Of a stretch of 64,000 bases of DNA, positions 9,788-19,190 are shown piece after piece. Location: positions 800,001-864,000 of the forward strand of contig JAXHNB010000006.1 of NCBI GenBank assembly GCA_034520945.1, written 5' to 3'. A model generated the notes under the pieces. The model made no database searches. It was given only the letters and a program-made list of their open reading frames with translations, and had not been told where the DNA came from. The DNA comes from Trueperaceae bacterium (lineage in GTDB: Bacteria; Deinococcota; Deinococci; Deinococcales; Trueperaceae). The position numbers were made by a program, and so were the translations under genes. Position 1 is the first letter of the stretch, and the number at the start of each line of letters is the position of its first letter.

Positions 9788-10839
9788 GCCGCCCCCAACA
9801 GGACCGCGCCGGCCAGGAAGTACAGCGAGACCGGCGCCCAGCCGGCGATCCAGGCCGGCACGGTGCCTTGGGCGCCCAACAGCTTGGCTACGCTCCAGGT
9901 GGCGTAGTACGCGAAGGTGAGGAGCAGCACCGACACCATCCCCAGCGAAGCGTTGCGGCGCAGGCCCGCCATGGCGACGGCCAGCGCGAACACGGCGAAC
10001 GCCACGGCGGCGAGGGGTTCGGCCGCCTTGCGGTGCAGCGCGGTCCACGCGGCCGGGCTGGTGCGCTCGGCCCCGATCCGCTGCAGGAGGTTCGGGAGCG
10101 GCAGCGTGACCAGGTCGGGCCGCGAGGTGGTGGCGGCCGTCAGGTCCCGTACCGGCACCGTGCCCGACGCTGCTCGCATGTCCAGCGATGGCCTGCCCGC
10201 GTCGAAGACGCGGATCCGGAGGTCCTCCAACCGCCAGGCGCCGGCCTCCTCGTCCAGGCGCCCACGCTGGGCCTCGATCACCTCACGGGGCCCGCCCAGG
10301 CCATCGGGCGCGATGATCACGATCCCCTCGGCCGCGCCCCCGGCACGGAGGCGCGACAGGAATAGGCTGCGCCCCCGCGCGTCCGTGAAGAACGCGCCCT
10401 CCTGGAGGAACGCTTCGGGCGCCTGGAGCAGGATCTCCTTCTGCGTCTCGAGGGCGCGCGTTTCGGCCCAGGGGACGACCAGCTCGTTGTTGGCGGCCGC
10501 GATCAGCGTCACCGACGCCCCCGCCACCAGCAACGGCCGCAGGAAGGCGCCGGGCGTGATGCCGAGCGCCATCGCAGCGCGCAGTTCGCGGTCGGCGGAC
10601 ATGCGGGCCAGCGCCAACAACGAGGCGAACAACAGCGCCAACGTCAGACCGGCCGAGGCGGCCCCGGGCAGCTTGAACAGCAAGAAGCGGGCTACCAGGC
10701 CGACCGGGGCCCCGCGCGCCAACGCGTCGGCCAGGACGCCCAGCAGGAAGTTGACCAACAACAAGAGCAGCAGCACGGACAGCCCCGCGGCGTACAGCGG
10801 GGCGATCTCGCGCAGCAGGCTTCGTCCCAGGCGCGTCAC
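9775..10839 (-). CDS. LptF/LptG family permease
   Basis: 3 TM + periplasmic beta domain + 3 TM; RMSADRELRAAMALGI, NNELVVP, IAGWAP. GTG start overlaps the upstream stop. Confidence 0.9.
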   Translation of the reverse strand: MTRLGRSLLREIAPLYAAGLSVLLLLLLVNFLLGVLADALARGAPVGLVARFLLFKLPGAASAGLTLALLFASLLALARMSADRELRAAMALGITPGAFLRPLLVAGASVTLIAAANNELVVPWAETRALETQKEILLQAPEAFLQEGAFFTDARGRSLFLSRLRAGGAAEGIVIIAPDGLGGPREVIEAQRGRLDEEAGAWRLEDLRIRVFDAGRPSLDMRAASGTVPVRDLTAATTSRPDLVTLPLPNLLQRIGAERTSPAAWTALHRKAAEPLAAVAFAVFALAVAMAGLRRNASLGMVSVLLLTFAYYATWSVAKLLGAQGTVPAWIAGWAPVSLYFLAGAVLLGAAWRR

Positions 10840-11897
10840 GTCAGGTCGCTCCGCAGCGCCAGGACGGCGCCGATGGTCGTGACGGCCGCCGGCGTGGACC
10901 AGGCGGCCACGACCGGGCCGATCACCCCCTGGTCGAACAACGCCGCCGCGAACGTCCATGCGGCCCAGAACCCGGCGACCAGCACGATCGTCCACGCCAC
11001 GCCCGCGGCACGGCCCCGCACGCGCAACGCCAGCGCCCCCGCGATGAGCGTGAACACCGCGGCGCTGGCGGCGTCCGCCAGACGCCGGTGGAAGTCGAAG
11101 CGTAGCGCCAAGGCTTCGGCGCCTGCCGCGAGGCGATCACTGATGCGCCTTCGCAGTTCGCCCAGCGGCAACGTGTCGGCGCGAACCAGCGTGTCGGAGG
11201 GGGCGGCCCGCAGGGCGAACGCCAACTCGGTCCGGTCACGGCGCTCGGGATCGCCCTCCGGCGGCATGCGCCAGCCCGGGCCCAGCGTCCACGCCGAGGC
11301 GCCGGCGTCCCAGGTGCCGTTGTGCGCCGTGAGCACCGTCCCGTCCTCCAGGCGGACGAGAACACCGGACAGCGCGGCGAGTTCGGGATCGTCGCGGTCC
11401 GCCCGCACGCGCGCGGCGTGAAAGATGGTGTCGTCGATGAGGTACGACACGTCCCGTTCCGAGGCGACCGGTGGGCGTCCGTACAGGAAGTCGTCGATGA
11501 TCGCCTGATAGGCGCGCTCGGCGCGGGGTTCCACCATGCCGTTGTTCACCACCGCCACGGCGCTGACCGCCAAGCCCCACGCCAGCGCCGGCACCAACAA
11601 CGCACGCGGGGGAATCCCCCCGGCCTGCGCGGCCTTGAGTTCGGAGTCGCGCGCCATCCGCCCGCCGCTGACCAGCACCGCGAACACGGCGGCCACCGGC
11701 ATCGCCAGGTGCAAGAACCAGGGAACCTTGGACGCGAGCAAGCGCAGCACCGCCGACACGCCCGCCTGTTGTTCGACGAGGAAGCGGGCCAGCACGCTGA
11801 GAAGGTCGATGGAAAGCAACAGGCATACGGCCGCGACACCGAGCACGAACAGCCCGCTCATCTCTCGGATCAGGCTTCGCGCGAGGCGGACCGGCAC
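10836..11897 (-). CDS. LptF/LptG family permease
   Basis: RMARDSELKAAQAGGI, NNGMVEP, VAAWST; GTG 6 nt after TATGCT (11904-11909). Confidence 0.9.
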   Translation of the reverse strand: MPVRLARSLIREMSGLFVLGVAAVCLLLSIDLLSVLARFLVEQQAGVSAVLRLLASKVPWFLHLAMPVAAVFAVLVSGGRMARDSELKAAQAGGIPPRALLVPALAWGLAVSAVAVVNNGMVEPRAERAYQAIIDDFLYGRPPVASERDVSYLIDDTIFHAARVRADRDDPELAALSGVLVRLEDGTVLTAHNGTWDAGASAWTLGPGWRMPPEGDPERRDRTELAFALRAAPSDTLVRADTLPLGELRRRISDRLAAGAEALALRFDFHRRLADAASAAVFTLIAGALALRVRGRAAGVAWTIVLVAGFWAAWTFAAALFDQGVIGPVVAAWSTPAAVTTIGAVLALRSDLT

Positions 11898-11998
11898 CCG
11901 CGAAGCATAGCAGAGGGACGTGCGAATCGGCGGTGCGGCCTACGCGCGCGCCCCTCCACGGGCGGTTCGCCCCGCGCCTGGTATGCTCGCTGCTCGAC

Positions 11999-12820
11999 AT
12001 GACGGGAACCCTGGGCCTGTTCTCCCTCGCGGATCTGTTCCAACTCCTCTCAGGGGCAGGCCGGAGCGGTCGGTTGTCGGTCGACCATCCGCTGGGTCAC
12101 GCCCGGGTCTACTTCGAACGGGGCGAGGTGCGGCACGCAGAGTTCGGCCAGCTCGAAGGGGACGAGGCGGTGTACGCGCTGTTCCAGGACGAGCGGGGCG
12201 CGTTCGAGTTCCGCTCGGGCCTGCCCGCGCCGCGCGTGAGCGTCCGCAAGGGCACCCAGAATCTGGTGCTCGAGGCGGTGCGTCGCCTGGACGAGGCGCG
12301 GCGCGACACGGGCGAAGAGGCGACCGAGATCGAGACCGATCTCGTGCCCGAGCACGCCGATCGCGGCGAGGCGCCCCACGCGTTGACGCTGGGCGCCCCG
12401 GAGCAGGCGGTGATGGAGGCCGTGGATGGGCGCCGCAGCCTGGCCCGGATCGCCGATCGCGCGGGCCAGACGCAGGACGAGACGGCCCGGATCGTGGCCC
12501 GCTTGGTCGCGGCCGGCGTGCTGCTGGCCCGCAAGCGGCGGCCTCGCACGGCGCGCCTGGTGGTGCGGCCCACGCCGGAAGCGCTCCTTCACGACACCGC
12601 CGTGGCCGACGTCGGGATCGTGGAGGCGTGGCGGCGTGCCATGGGCCGGATGCCGCAGCACCTCCTCGCCAAGCGCGAGTCCGGCGTGGTGGACCGGTTC
12701 CGCCTCCAGGCGCGCGAGGACGTCGGCCCCTACCTGCTGCTGGCGCACGCGGTGCTGCTCCGCACCGGCCTGAAGGTCGATCAGCCTTTGTTGGTACGGC
12801 CCCTCGAGGAGGAGGCATGA
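11999..12820 (+). CDS. DUF4388/PatA-N-like domain protein with central winged-helix-like segment
   Basis: MTGTLGLFSLADLFQLL...GRL...VYFERGEVRHA...GAFEF...LVLEAVRRLDE; VDGRRSLARIA segment. Confidence 0.8.
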   Translation: MTGTLGLFSLADLFQLLSGAGRSGRLSVDHPLGHARVYFERGEVRHAEFGQLEGDEAVYALFQDERGAFEFRSGLPAPRVSVRKGTQNLVLEAVRRLDEARRDTGEEATEIETDLVPEHADRGEAPHALTLGAPEQAVMEAVDGRRSLARIADRAGQTQDETARIVARLVAAGVLLARKRRPRTARLVVRPTPEALLHDTAVADVGIVEAWRRAMGRMPQHLLAKRESGVVDRFRLQAREDVGPYLLLAHAVLLRTGLKVDQPLLVRPLEEEA

Positions 12821-13857
12821 CGCGGCCTACCCGGGCGGACGCGTCGTCGGTACCGGACGAGCTGCGCCCCACGGTCGATGCGGACGCGGGCCTGCGCACG
12901 TTCGTGCCCTGGAAGCGCGCGCCGTTCCCGGCCCCCTGGACGTCCTGGTTCGGCCGGCATGCCCCCCTGCACCTCGAGATCGGATTCGGCGACGGCCGCT
13001 ACACGGTGCGCCGTGCCCTGGCGCGACCCGAAGAGGACTTCGTGGGCTTGGAAGTGTCGGGCGTCAGCGTACGCCGGGCCCTCCGCAAGGTCGCACGGGC
13101 CCGCGCCGGCAACGTGCGACTGCTCAAGGCCAAGGCGCAGGTCGCCGTACGGCAGTTGTTCGCGCCCGCCGCGCTGGAAACGATCACCGTCAACTTCCCC
13201 GATCCCTGGCCCAAGTCGCGGCACGCCGACAAGCGCCTGCTGCGGGGGCCGTTCCTGGACGTCGCCGCCGAGCGCTTGGTGGCCGGCGGCGAGATCCGGC
13301 TCGCCACCGACCATGCCGACTACCTGGCCTTCTCGCGCAGCGAGGCCGAGCGGAGCGGATGGTTCGACCCCTTCGAGGCCGACCCGCCGCCCGACGTGTT
13401 CGAGACCAAGTACGCCCTCAAGTGGCGCGACCACGGCAAGCCGCTGTACTACCTGGTGCTTCGCCGCAACGACGCGCCGCCCCCCAGCACCCCGCCGATC
13501 GAAAGGCCGTCCATCATGCCGCACGCGTTTCTGACCGGAAGCCCCCGCGAGGATCTCGCCTTCGAGAAGCAGGTCGTCCCGTATGCGGGGGGGCACGTCG
13601 TCCTCCACGAGTTGACGCGCAGCCTGGGCGGGGACGGCGGAGACGCCCGATGGCTGGTGCGCGTGACGGTCACCGAGGAGATGCTGGACCAACAACTGCT
13701 GGTGGTGGTGCAGCGCCGCGCCGACCGGCGCCACATCGTACGTCTGGGCTCGTTCGGAGACCCGATCGTCACGCCCGTCGTGCGCGGAGCGATCCACGCC
13801 GTGACCGAATGGTTCTGCGCCCACGCCGGCGTCGAGGCCGGCGCGCGCAACTACTGA
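12817..13857 (+). CDS. trmB: tRNA (guanine-N7)-methyltransferase with C-terminal extension
   Basis: LEIGFGDG, NFPDPWPKSRH..RL, LATDH..Y, ETKY; GGAGG SD and ATGA overlap. Confidence 0.93.
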   Translation: MTRPTRADASSVPDELRPTVDADAGLRTFVPWKRAPFPAPWTSWFGRHAPLHLEIGFGDGRYTVRRALARPEEDFVGLEVSGVSVRRALRKVARARAGNVRLLKAKAQVAVRQLFAPAALETITVNFPDPWPKSRHADKRLLRGPFLDVAAERLVAGGEIRLATDHADYLAFSRSEAERSGWFDPFEADPPPDVFETKYALKWRDHGKPLYYLVLRRNDAPPPSTPPIERPSIMPHAFLTGSPREDLAFEKQVVPYAGGHVVLHELTRSLGGDGGDARWLVRVTVTEEMLDQQLLVVVQRRADRRHIVRLGSFGDPIVTPVVRGAIHAVTEWFCAHAGVEAGARNY

Positions 13858-13858
13858 C

Positions 13859-14623
13859 GTGGCGCCGCCTGCGCACCCCGGCCTGCTGCGGGTCCCCGAC
13901 TTCGGCGCGGTGCACGCGTTCACCACCCGGAGCGGCGGCGTGAGCGGCGGTCCGTACCGCACGCTGAACCTGGGCCTGTCCACGGGCGACGCACCGGAGG
14001 CGGTGCACGAGAACCGTCGGCGTGTGCGGGAGGCGCTCGGGCTCGATCCGGCGCGCGTGGCGCAGGTGCATCAGGTGCACGGCGCCACGGTCGTGAGCGC
14101 CCGTGACGCCACGCCCGAGGTCGAGGCCGACGCGATCGTCACCGACGACCCGGCCTGGACGCTGAGCGTGTCGTACGCCGACTGCGTCCCCGTACTCCTG
14201 TACGACCCCGTCGCGCCGGCGGTAGGCGCGGTCCACGCCGGGTGGCGCGGGGCGGTGCACGGGGTGGTGGGGGCGACCGTGCGGTCGATGACGCGTCGCT
14301 TCGGGACCGATCCCGCCCTCCTCTGGGCCGCGATCGGACCGGCCGTGTCGGGTGCGCGCTACCAGGTGGGCCCCGAGGTGGTCGACGCCTTCGCGGCGGC
14401 CGGCTTCGACGCGGCCCACGCTCGCCCCGACCCGGAGGTGACGGGCCGGTACCGCTACGACATGCCGGGCGCCGTGGCCGAAGCGCTCGCCGCGTCGGGG
14501 ATTCCCACGGCCCGCCTCCGGAACGGGGGGTGGTGCACCGTGTCGGACGCGTCGCGGTTCTACTCCCATCGCCGCGACGGGCGCAGGACGGGACGGCACT
14601 GGGCACTGGTACGGCTCCCGTGA
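13859..14623 (+). CDS. pgeF: YfiH/PgeF family protein (purine nucleoside phosphorylase / laccase-domain)
   Basis: FTTRSGGVS..LNLG, QVHG, ADCVPVL, HAGWRG, AIGP, FYSHRR. Confidence 0.92.
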   Translation: MAPPAHPGLLRVPDFGAVHAFTTRSGGVSGGPYRTLNLGLSTGDAPEAVHENRRRVREALGLDPARVAQVHQVHGATVVSARDATPEVEADAIVTDDPAWTLSVSYADCVPVLLYDPVAPAVGAVHAGWRGAVHGVVGATVRSMTRRFGTDPALLWAAIGPAVSGARYQVGPEVVDAFAAAGFDAAHARPDPEVTGRYRYDMPGAVAEALAASGIPTARLRNGGWCTVSDASRFYSHRRDGRRTGRHWALVRLP

Positions 14624-14675
14624 GGACCCTGGGCGGGGAACGCGCCGGTTCGCCGCGGCCTGCTAGCATCACAGG

Positions 14676-15284
14676 ATGGATCGACTGCTGGACACGCTCC
14701 GCGCCTTGCGGGCGCCGGATGGGTGCCCGTGGGACCGGGAACAGACGCACCAGACGCTTCGCCCCCACCTTTTGGAGGAGGCGGCGGAAGCGGTCGACGC
14801 CCTCGCCGGTGGGCGCGACGCCGAGGTGGTGGACGAGCTCGGCGACGTGCTCCTCCACGTGGCGTTCCATGCCGTCATCGCCGAAGAGGCGGGACGCTGG
14901 GACTACGCCGCGGTCGAGCAGGCCATCACGGAAAAGCTGATTCGGCGCCACCCGCACGTCTTTTCGGACGCGGTGGCGGAGGACGCGGCCGCCGTGGAGG
15001 CCACCTGGGCGGCCGTGAAGGCCGCCGAGCGGGGCGACGCGGCGGACGACGACCCCGCCGCGCGGGTGCCCCGCTCGCTGCCCGCCCTGTCGCGGGCGGG
15101 CCGGCTGGCCACCGCGCTCGGGTGGCGCGACGAGCCCGCGGCGGCCGTGGGCGGCCCCCTGGACGCCGAGGGGTACGCGGAGGCGCTGTTGGCCTTGGCG
15201 GCGGCGGCCGCGCGGGACGGACACGATCCCGAGCTGTTGCTTCGCGACGCCGTCGAAGCGCGCGTGCGGGACGCCGGCACGTGA
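14676..15284 (+). CDS. mazG: MazG family nucleotide pyrophosphohydrolase (second domain reduced)
   Basis: LRAPDGCPWDREQTH, EEAAE, ELGDVL, KLIRRHPHVF; leaderless after TAGCAT (14664-14669). Confidence 0.9.
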   Translation: MDRLLDTLRALRAPDGCPWDREQTHQTLRPHLLEEAAEAVDALAGGRDAEVVDELGDVLLHVAFHAVIAEEAGRWDYAAVEQAITEKLIRRHPHVFSDAVAEDAAAVEATWAAVKAAERGDAADDDPAARVPRSLPALSRAGRLATALGWRDEPAAAVGGPLDAEGYAEALLALAAAAARDGHDPELLLRDAVEARVRDAGT

Positions 15285-15868
15285 GCCAAGAAGCTATGGA
15301 CCGCATGCGCCGCGTCCTGGGGTCGGAGCCGGCCACCTCCCCGGCGCTTCCGGGCGGCTTCCGCCGAGCGGGGGTGCTGGTCCCGATCCTGTGGGGGGCG
15401 GACGGCCCGCGCCTGCTATTCACGGTCCGAAGCCGGACGTTGTCGCATCACGCCGGGCAGATCGCCTTCCCGGGCGGCGCGGTGGAAGCGGGCGAGACGC
15501 CCGAAGAGGCCGCCCGGCGGGAGGCGTGGGAGGAGGTGGGGCTCGACGTTTCGCCCTCGGCGCTGTTGGGATGCCTGCGTGTGCTCCCCTCGCCCGCTGG
15601 GTACCTCGCCACCCCCGTGGTGGCGGTGCTTCCCGTTCCGAGTCGGCTCCGCCTGCAGCCCAGCGAGGTCGAGGAGGCGTTCACGGCGCCGCTGGACGAG
15701 TTGATCGCGATCCGCCCCACCACCCTGCGCCGCACCTTGCGGGGCCAGGTGCAGACGTTGCACCGCTACCGCTGGGAGGAGCGCGACATCTGGGGGTTCA
15801 CGGGAAACGTGCTCCACGACCTGATCACCCGGCTGGGCTCCGAGGTCGTGGCGGGGGGCCGGCCATGA
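15281..15868 (+). CDS. Nudix hydrolase, CoA pyrophosphatase (NudL-like)
   Basis: AGVLVP, HAGQIAFPGG, Nudix box ARREAWEEVGL, IWGFTG; GTGA overlap with mazG. Confidence 0.88.
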   Translation: MSQEAMDRMRRVLGSEPATSPALPGGFRRAGVLVPILWGADGPRLLFTVRSRTLSHHAGQIAFPGGAVEAGETPEEAARREAWEEVGLDVSPSALLGCLRVLPSPAGYLATPVVAVLPVPSRLRLQPSEVEEAFTAPLDELIAIRPTTLRRTLRGQVQTLHRYRWEERDIWGFTGNVLHDLITRLGSEVVAGGRP

Positions 15869-17334
15869 CGATGGGCGAGCTGCGAGTACGGGTCGGCCGG
15901 CGCAAGATCCCGTTCTCGCCGGGTCAGATCGTGGAGGGGCTGCAGGCCGCGGGCGTGCTCACCGACGACGCCCTCCAAATCGCGGAGGAGGTGGAGACGG
16001 AGCTGCGCGCCAGCGGCCGGCGGACGGTGCGGTTGGACGAGGTGCGCGACCAGGTGGCGGAGCGCGTCCGCGCGCGCGTGGGCGAGGAGGCCGCCAAACA
16101 CTGGCGCGCCCAGACGCCCCCGTTCGTGCCGATCATCCTGGAACGCCGGACCGGCGAGCCGACCGAGTTCACGCGGGGTGCGCTGATCGACTCGCTCGAG
16201 AAGATCGGTCTGGGGTTCAAGGGGGCCTGGGCGTTGGCGCAGCAGGTCGAACAGGGGATTCGTGCCGAGGGGATCGAGCGGATCCGCGAAGGCGAACTGC
16301 CGCAACGGATCGCCCTGGCGCTGGAGGCGCGCTACGGACGCGAGACCCGCTTGCGGTACGAGGCGACGTTGGACCGGCCGTCGGACCTGATGGTGCTGGA
16401 GGAGGACGGCCCCTCCCTGCCGTTCTCGCGTGGCGTTCTGGCCCGCTCGCTCACCGCGATCGGACTCGGGCCCGAAATGTCGCACCATCTCGCCAAGCGG
16501 GTCGAGGAAGGGTTGTGGCGCGAGGGCGGCCCCACCGTCCGCCGGGACGACGTGCGGCGCTGGGTGCATCGTCTGTTGGTGGAGGAGGCGGGGGAGGAGT
16601 TCGCGCGTCGCTACGACTTGATGCGGACGGTTCGGCGGCCCGAGAAACCGATCGTGGTGCAGATCGGCGGCACGGCCGGCGTCGGCAAGTCGGAGCTGGC
16701 CGCCGAGTTGGCGTACCGCTTGGGGATCGCACGGGTGGTGTCCAGCGATTCGATCCGTCAGGCGCTTCGGTCGCTGGTCAGCGCGGATTTGTCGCCGGTC
16801 CTGCACGCCTCGAGCTACACGGCATGGCTGGCCGAGCTCCTTCCCGGCGAGCGGGACCACGCCCAACCGAAGCAACGCCGGGTGGTGCGCGGGTTCCAGG
16901 CGCAGGTCCTGCAGTTGGGGACGGCGCTCGAAGCCGTGGCCGCCCGAAACGTGGACGAGGCCACTTCGACCGTCCTCGAGGGGATTCACATCGTGCCGGG
17001 GATCAGTCCCCGTCCCGTCGAGGGGGCGATCACCGTGGAGTTGATGCTCCGCATCGAGGACGAGGAGGTGCACCGGTCCCGCTTCGATCGTCGCGAGGGA
17101 AAGACCGGCAAGCGACGGCCCAAGGAGCCCTACCTGCAGCACTTTACCGAGATTCGTATGCTGCAGGACTATCTGGTCGAACGCGCCGAGGACGCGGGCG
17201 TGGCGGTGCTGGACGTCACCGACCTGGACCGCGCCGTGGAGCGGTCGGTGGAGCGGGTGTTGGACGTGGTGCTGGCCGCCAGCGAGCGGGGCGCCGCCTC
17301 GGTCGTGGAGGCCGCGTCGGCGTCCGAGGGATGA
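15865..17334 (+). CDS. 2-phosphoglycerate kinase-like P-loop protein with three N-terminal ATP-cone-like repeats
   Basis: Repeats PFSPGQIVEGL / EFTRGALIDSL / PFSRGVLARSL; Walker A GGTAGVGKS; SSDSIRQALR, LHASSY, EGIHIVPG, F.EIR.LQDYL. Confidence 0.82.
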   Translation: MTMGELRVRVGRRKIPFSPGQIVEGLQAAGVLTDDALQIAEEVETELRASGRRTVRLDEVRDQVAERVRARVGEEAAKHWRAQTPPFVPIILERRTGEPTEFTRGALIDSLEKIGLGFKGAWALAQQVEQGIRAEGIERIREGELPQRIALALEARYGRETRLRYEATLDRPSDLMVLEEDGPSLPFSRGVLARSLTAIGLGPEMSHHLAKRVEEGLWREGGPTVRRDDVRRWVHRLLVEEAGEEFARRYDLMRTVRRPEKPIVVQIGGTAGVGKSELAAELAYRLGIARVVSSDSIRQALRSLVSADLSPVLHASSYTAWLAELLPGERDHAQPKQRRVVRGFQAQVLQLGTALEAVAARNVDEATSTVLEGIHIVPGISPRPVEGAITVELMLRIEDEEVHRSRFDRREGKTGKRRPKEPYLQHFTEIRMLQDYLVERAEDAGVAVLDVTDLDRAVERSVERVLDVVLAASERGAASVVEAASASEG

Positions 17335-17424
17335 GGCACGCCGTCGCCGTGGCGGGGGCGGCTGCATGAACTTTCCCATGACCGAGGGGCATTCACGTGC
17401 GTACACTGCGCGGGGAGGTCGAAC

Positions 17425-18420
17425 ATGAGCCAGCACGCCGCCGAGACCGCTCCGGCACCCTCGATCGAGACCGAGGCGTTGTCCAAGCGGTATGGCCGCA
17501 GGCCGATCATTCGCGACCTCACCTTTCGCGTATCGCCCGGCGAGGTGTATGCCTTGGTCGGCCCGAACGGCGCCGGCAAGACCACCGTGATCCGTCTGGT
17601 GTCCGGGTTGGCGTTTCCGAGTTCCGGGCGCGTGTCGATGTTGGGCAAAAACCCGCACCAGCACCCCGAAGTGCGCAGGCGGTTGGGGGCCGTGGTCGAG
17701 GCCCCCGCCGCGTTCTACCCCTACCTGACGGGACGGGCCAATCTGCGTCTCCACGCCCGCCTGGCAGGCGGCGTCGCCGACGCGCGTATCGAGGAGCTAC
17801 TCGAACTGATGGAGTTGGGGCACGCCGCCGAGCGCAAGGTCGGGGTGTACAGCCTCGGCATGCGGCAGCGCTTGGGCGTCGCGGGCGCGTTGCTCACCCG
17901 TCCGGACGTGCTGATCCTGGACGAGCCCGCCAGCGGGATGGATCCGCTGTCGCTGCACCTGGTGCACCGTGTCCTGCGCAACGCCGCGGGGCGTGGCTCG
18001 GCCGTGTTGCTGTCGACGCACCACCTGGACGAGGTGGCGGCGTACTGCAATCGCGTGGGGATCATGGAGGAGGGCGCTCTCATCGACGAGGTCGACCTCG
18101 ACCAGCGTCGCGACCGCTACCGAGCCCGCGTGCCCGATCCGCAGGCGGCGCGTACCGCCTTGGCCACGCAACCGTGGGTGGAGGAGACGTTCCTACGGGC
18201 CGGCCAGGTGGTGTTCCAACTGGATCACGCCGACTCGCTTCCGAAGGTCGCGCCGCTGCTGGTAGAGCACGGCGGAGGATTGACCGCGTTGAACGAGGAC
18301 GTGTTCGACCTGCGGGCGTACTACCGGGAGCGCGTGAACGCCGAGCGCGCCCGCAGGAGCGGAGAGAGGTCCGCGCCGCAGGAGGCGGTAGAGCCGGCCG
18401 CGCCGGGGGGGCCCGCGTGA
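17425..18420 (+). CDS. ABC transporter ATP-binding protein (ABC-2/BcrA-like)
   Basis: GPNGAGKTT, YSLGMRQRL, LILDEP, STHHL; TACACT at 17402 and GGAGG upstream. Confidence 0.93.
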   Translation: MSQHAAETAPAPSIETEALSKRYGRRPIIRDLTFRVSPGEVYALVGPNGAGKTTVIRLVSGLAFPSSGRVSMLGKNPHQHPEVRRRLGAVVEAPAAFYPYLTGRANLRLHARLAGGVADARIEELLELMELGHAAERKVGVYSLGMRQRLGVAGALLTRPDVLILDEPASGMDPLSLHLVHRVLRNAAGRGSAVLLSTHHLDEVAAYCNRVGIMEEGALIDEVDLDQRRDRYRARVPDPQAARTALATQPWVEETFLRAGQVVFQLDHADSLPKVAPLLVEHGGGLTALNEDVFDLRAYYRERVNAERARRSGERSAPQEAVEPAAPGGPA

Positions 18421-19190
18421 GCGCACTGCTTCGCATGGAGGCCTCCAAGCTGTTCCGCTTGACGAGCGTGCGTGCCAGCCTGGTCCTGCTGGTGGTGTTC
18501 CCGCTGCTGTGGTCGTACGCGCCCGGCATCTACGAGGTGTACGGCTTCTACCTCGTGTCCGGCTTTCAGGTGCCCGCGCTGAGCCTGCTGTCCTCGATGG
18601 AGTTTCTGATGCCGCTGTTGATCGCGATCACGGCGGCCGAGTTGGTGGGGATGGAGAAGATGCACGGCACGCTGCCCACGGTGCTCCTGCGGCCGGTCAC
18701 GCGGTCGCAGTGGTTGCTCGCGAAGCTGCTGGTGTTGAGCGTGTACCCGTTCCTGGCGATGGCGTTCTTTTTGTTGGCGTCGTTGGTGGCGGGCACACCG
18801 TATGGGTTCGGGTCGTTCGTGGGTGGAACGGGCCTCGGCGAGGGGGGACTGGCCGGTGCGGGCGCCATGAGCGTGCAGGCGGCGGTGGGCGAGATCCTGG
18901 CGGCGTATGCGTTGGCGGCGGTGAGCCTGGTGCCGATCGCCTTGCTGGCGGTGTTGGCGACGGTGGTGACCATGAGCGCGGCCAGCGGCGCGCTCGCCAC
19001 GCTGTCGGTCCTGATCGTGATGCAGTTGTTGGTGGTGTTTCCGGGCCTGGAGCCGTACCTGTTGTCGCGCCAGTTGTCGGCCTATACCGACCCGGCGGCC
19101 GGCGTGGGCTGGGTGGTGGCGCTGATCGCGCTGTACGCGGCTGCGTTCGCCGCGGTGGCGGTCGTGCTGTTCGAACGCAAGGACTTCTGA
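18417..19190 (+). CDS. ABC-2 type permease
   Basis: About 6 TM segments; E...GTL...LLRPVTR...LLAK; ends FERKDF; GTGA overlap. Confidence 0.88.
   Translation: MSALLRMEASKLFRLTSVRASLVLLVVFPLLWSYAPGIYEVYGFYLVSGFQVPALSLLSSMEFLMPLLIAITAAELVGMEKMHGTLPTVLLRPVTRSQWLLAKLLVLSVYPFLAMAFFLLASLVAGTPYGFGSFVGGTGLGEGGLAGAGAMSVQAAVGEILAAYALAAVSLVPIALLAVLATVVTMSAASGALATLSVLIVMQLLVVFPGLEPYLLSRQLSAYTDPAAGVGWVVALIALYAAAFAAVAVVLFERKDF

Noticed and set aside
17365..17381. CATGA direct repeat upstream of the ABC operon as a response-regulator site
   Set aside because: Only 5 bp with a 12-nt period and no regulator nearby; could be chance.
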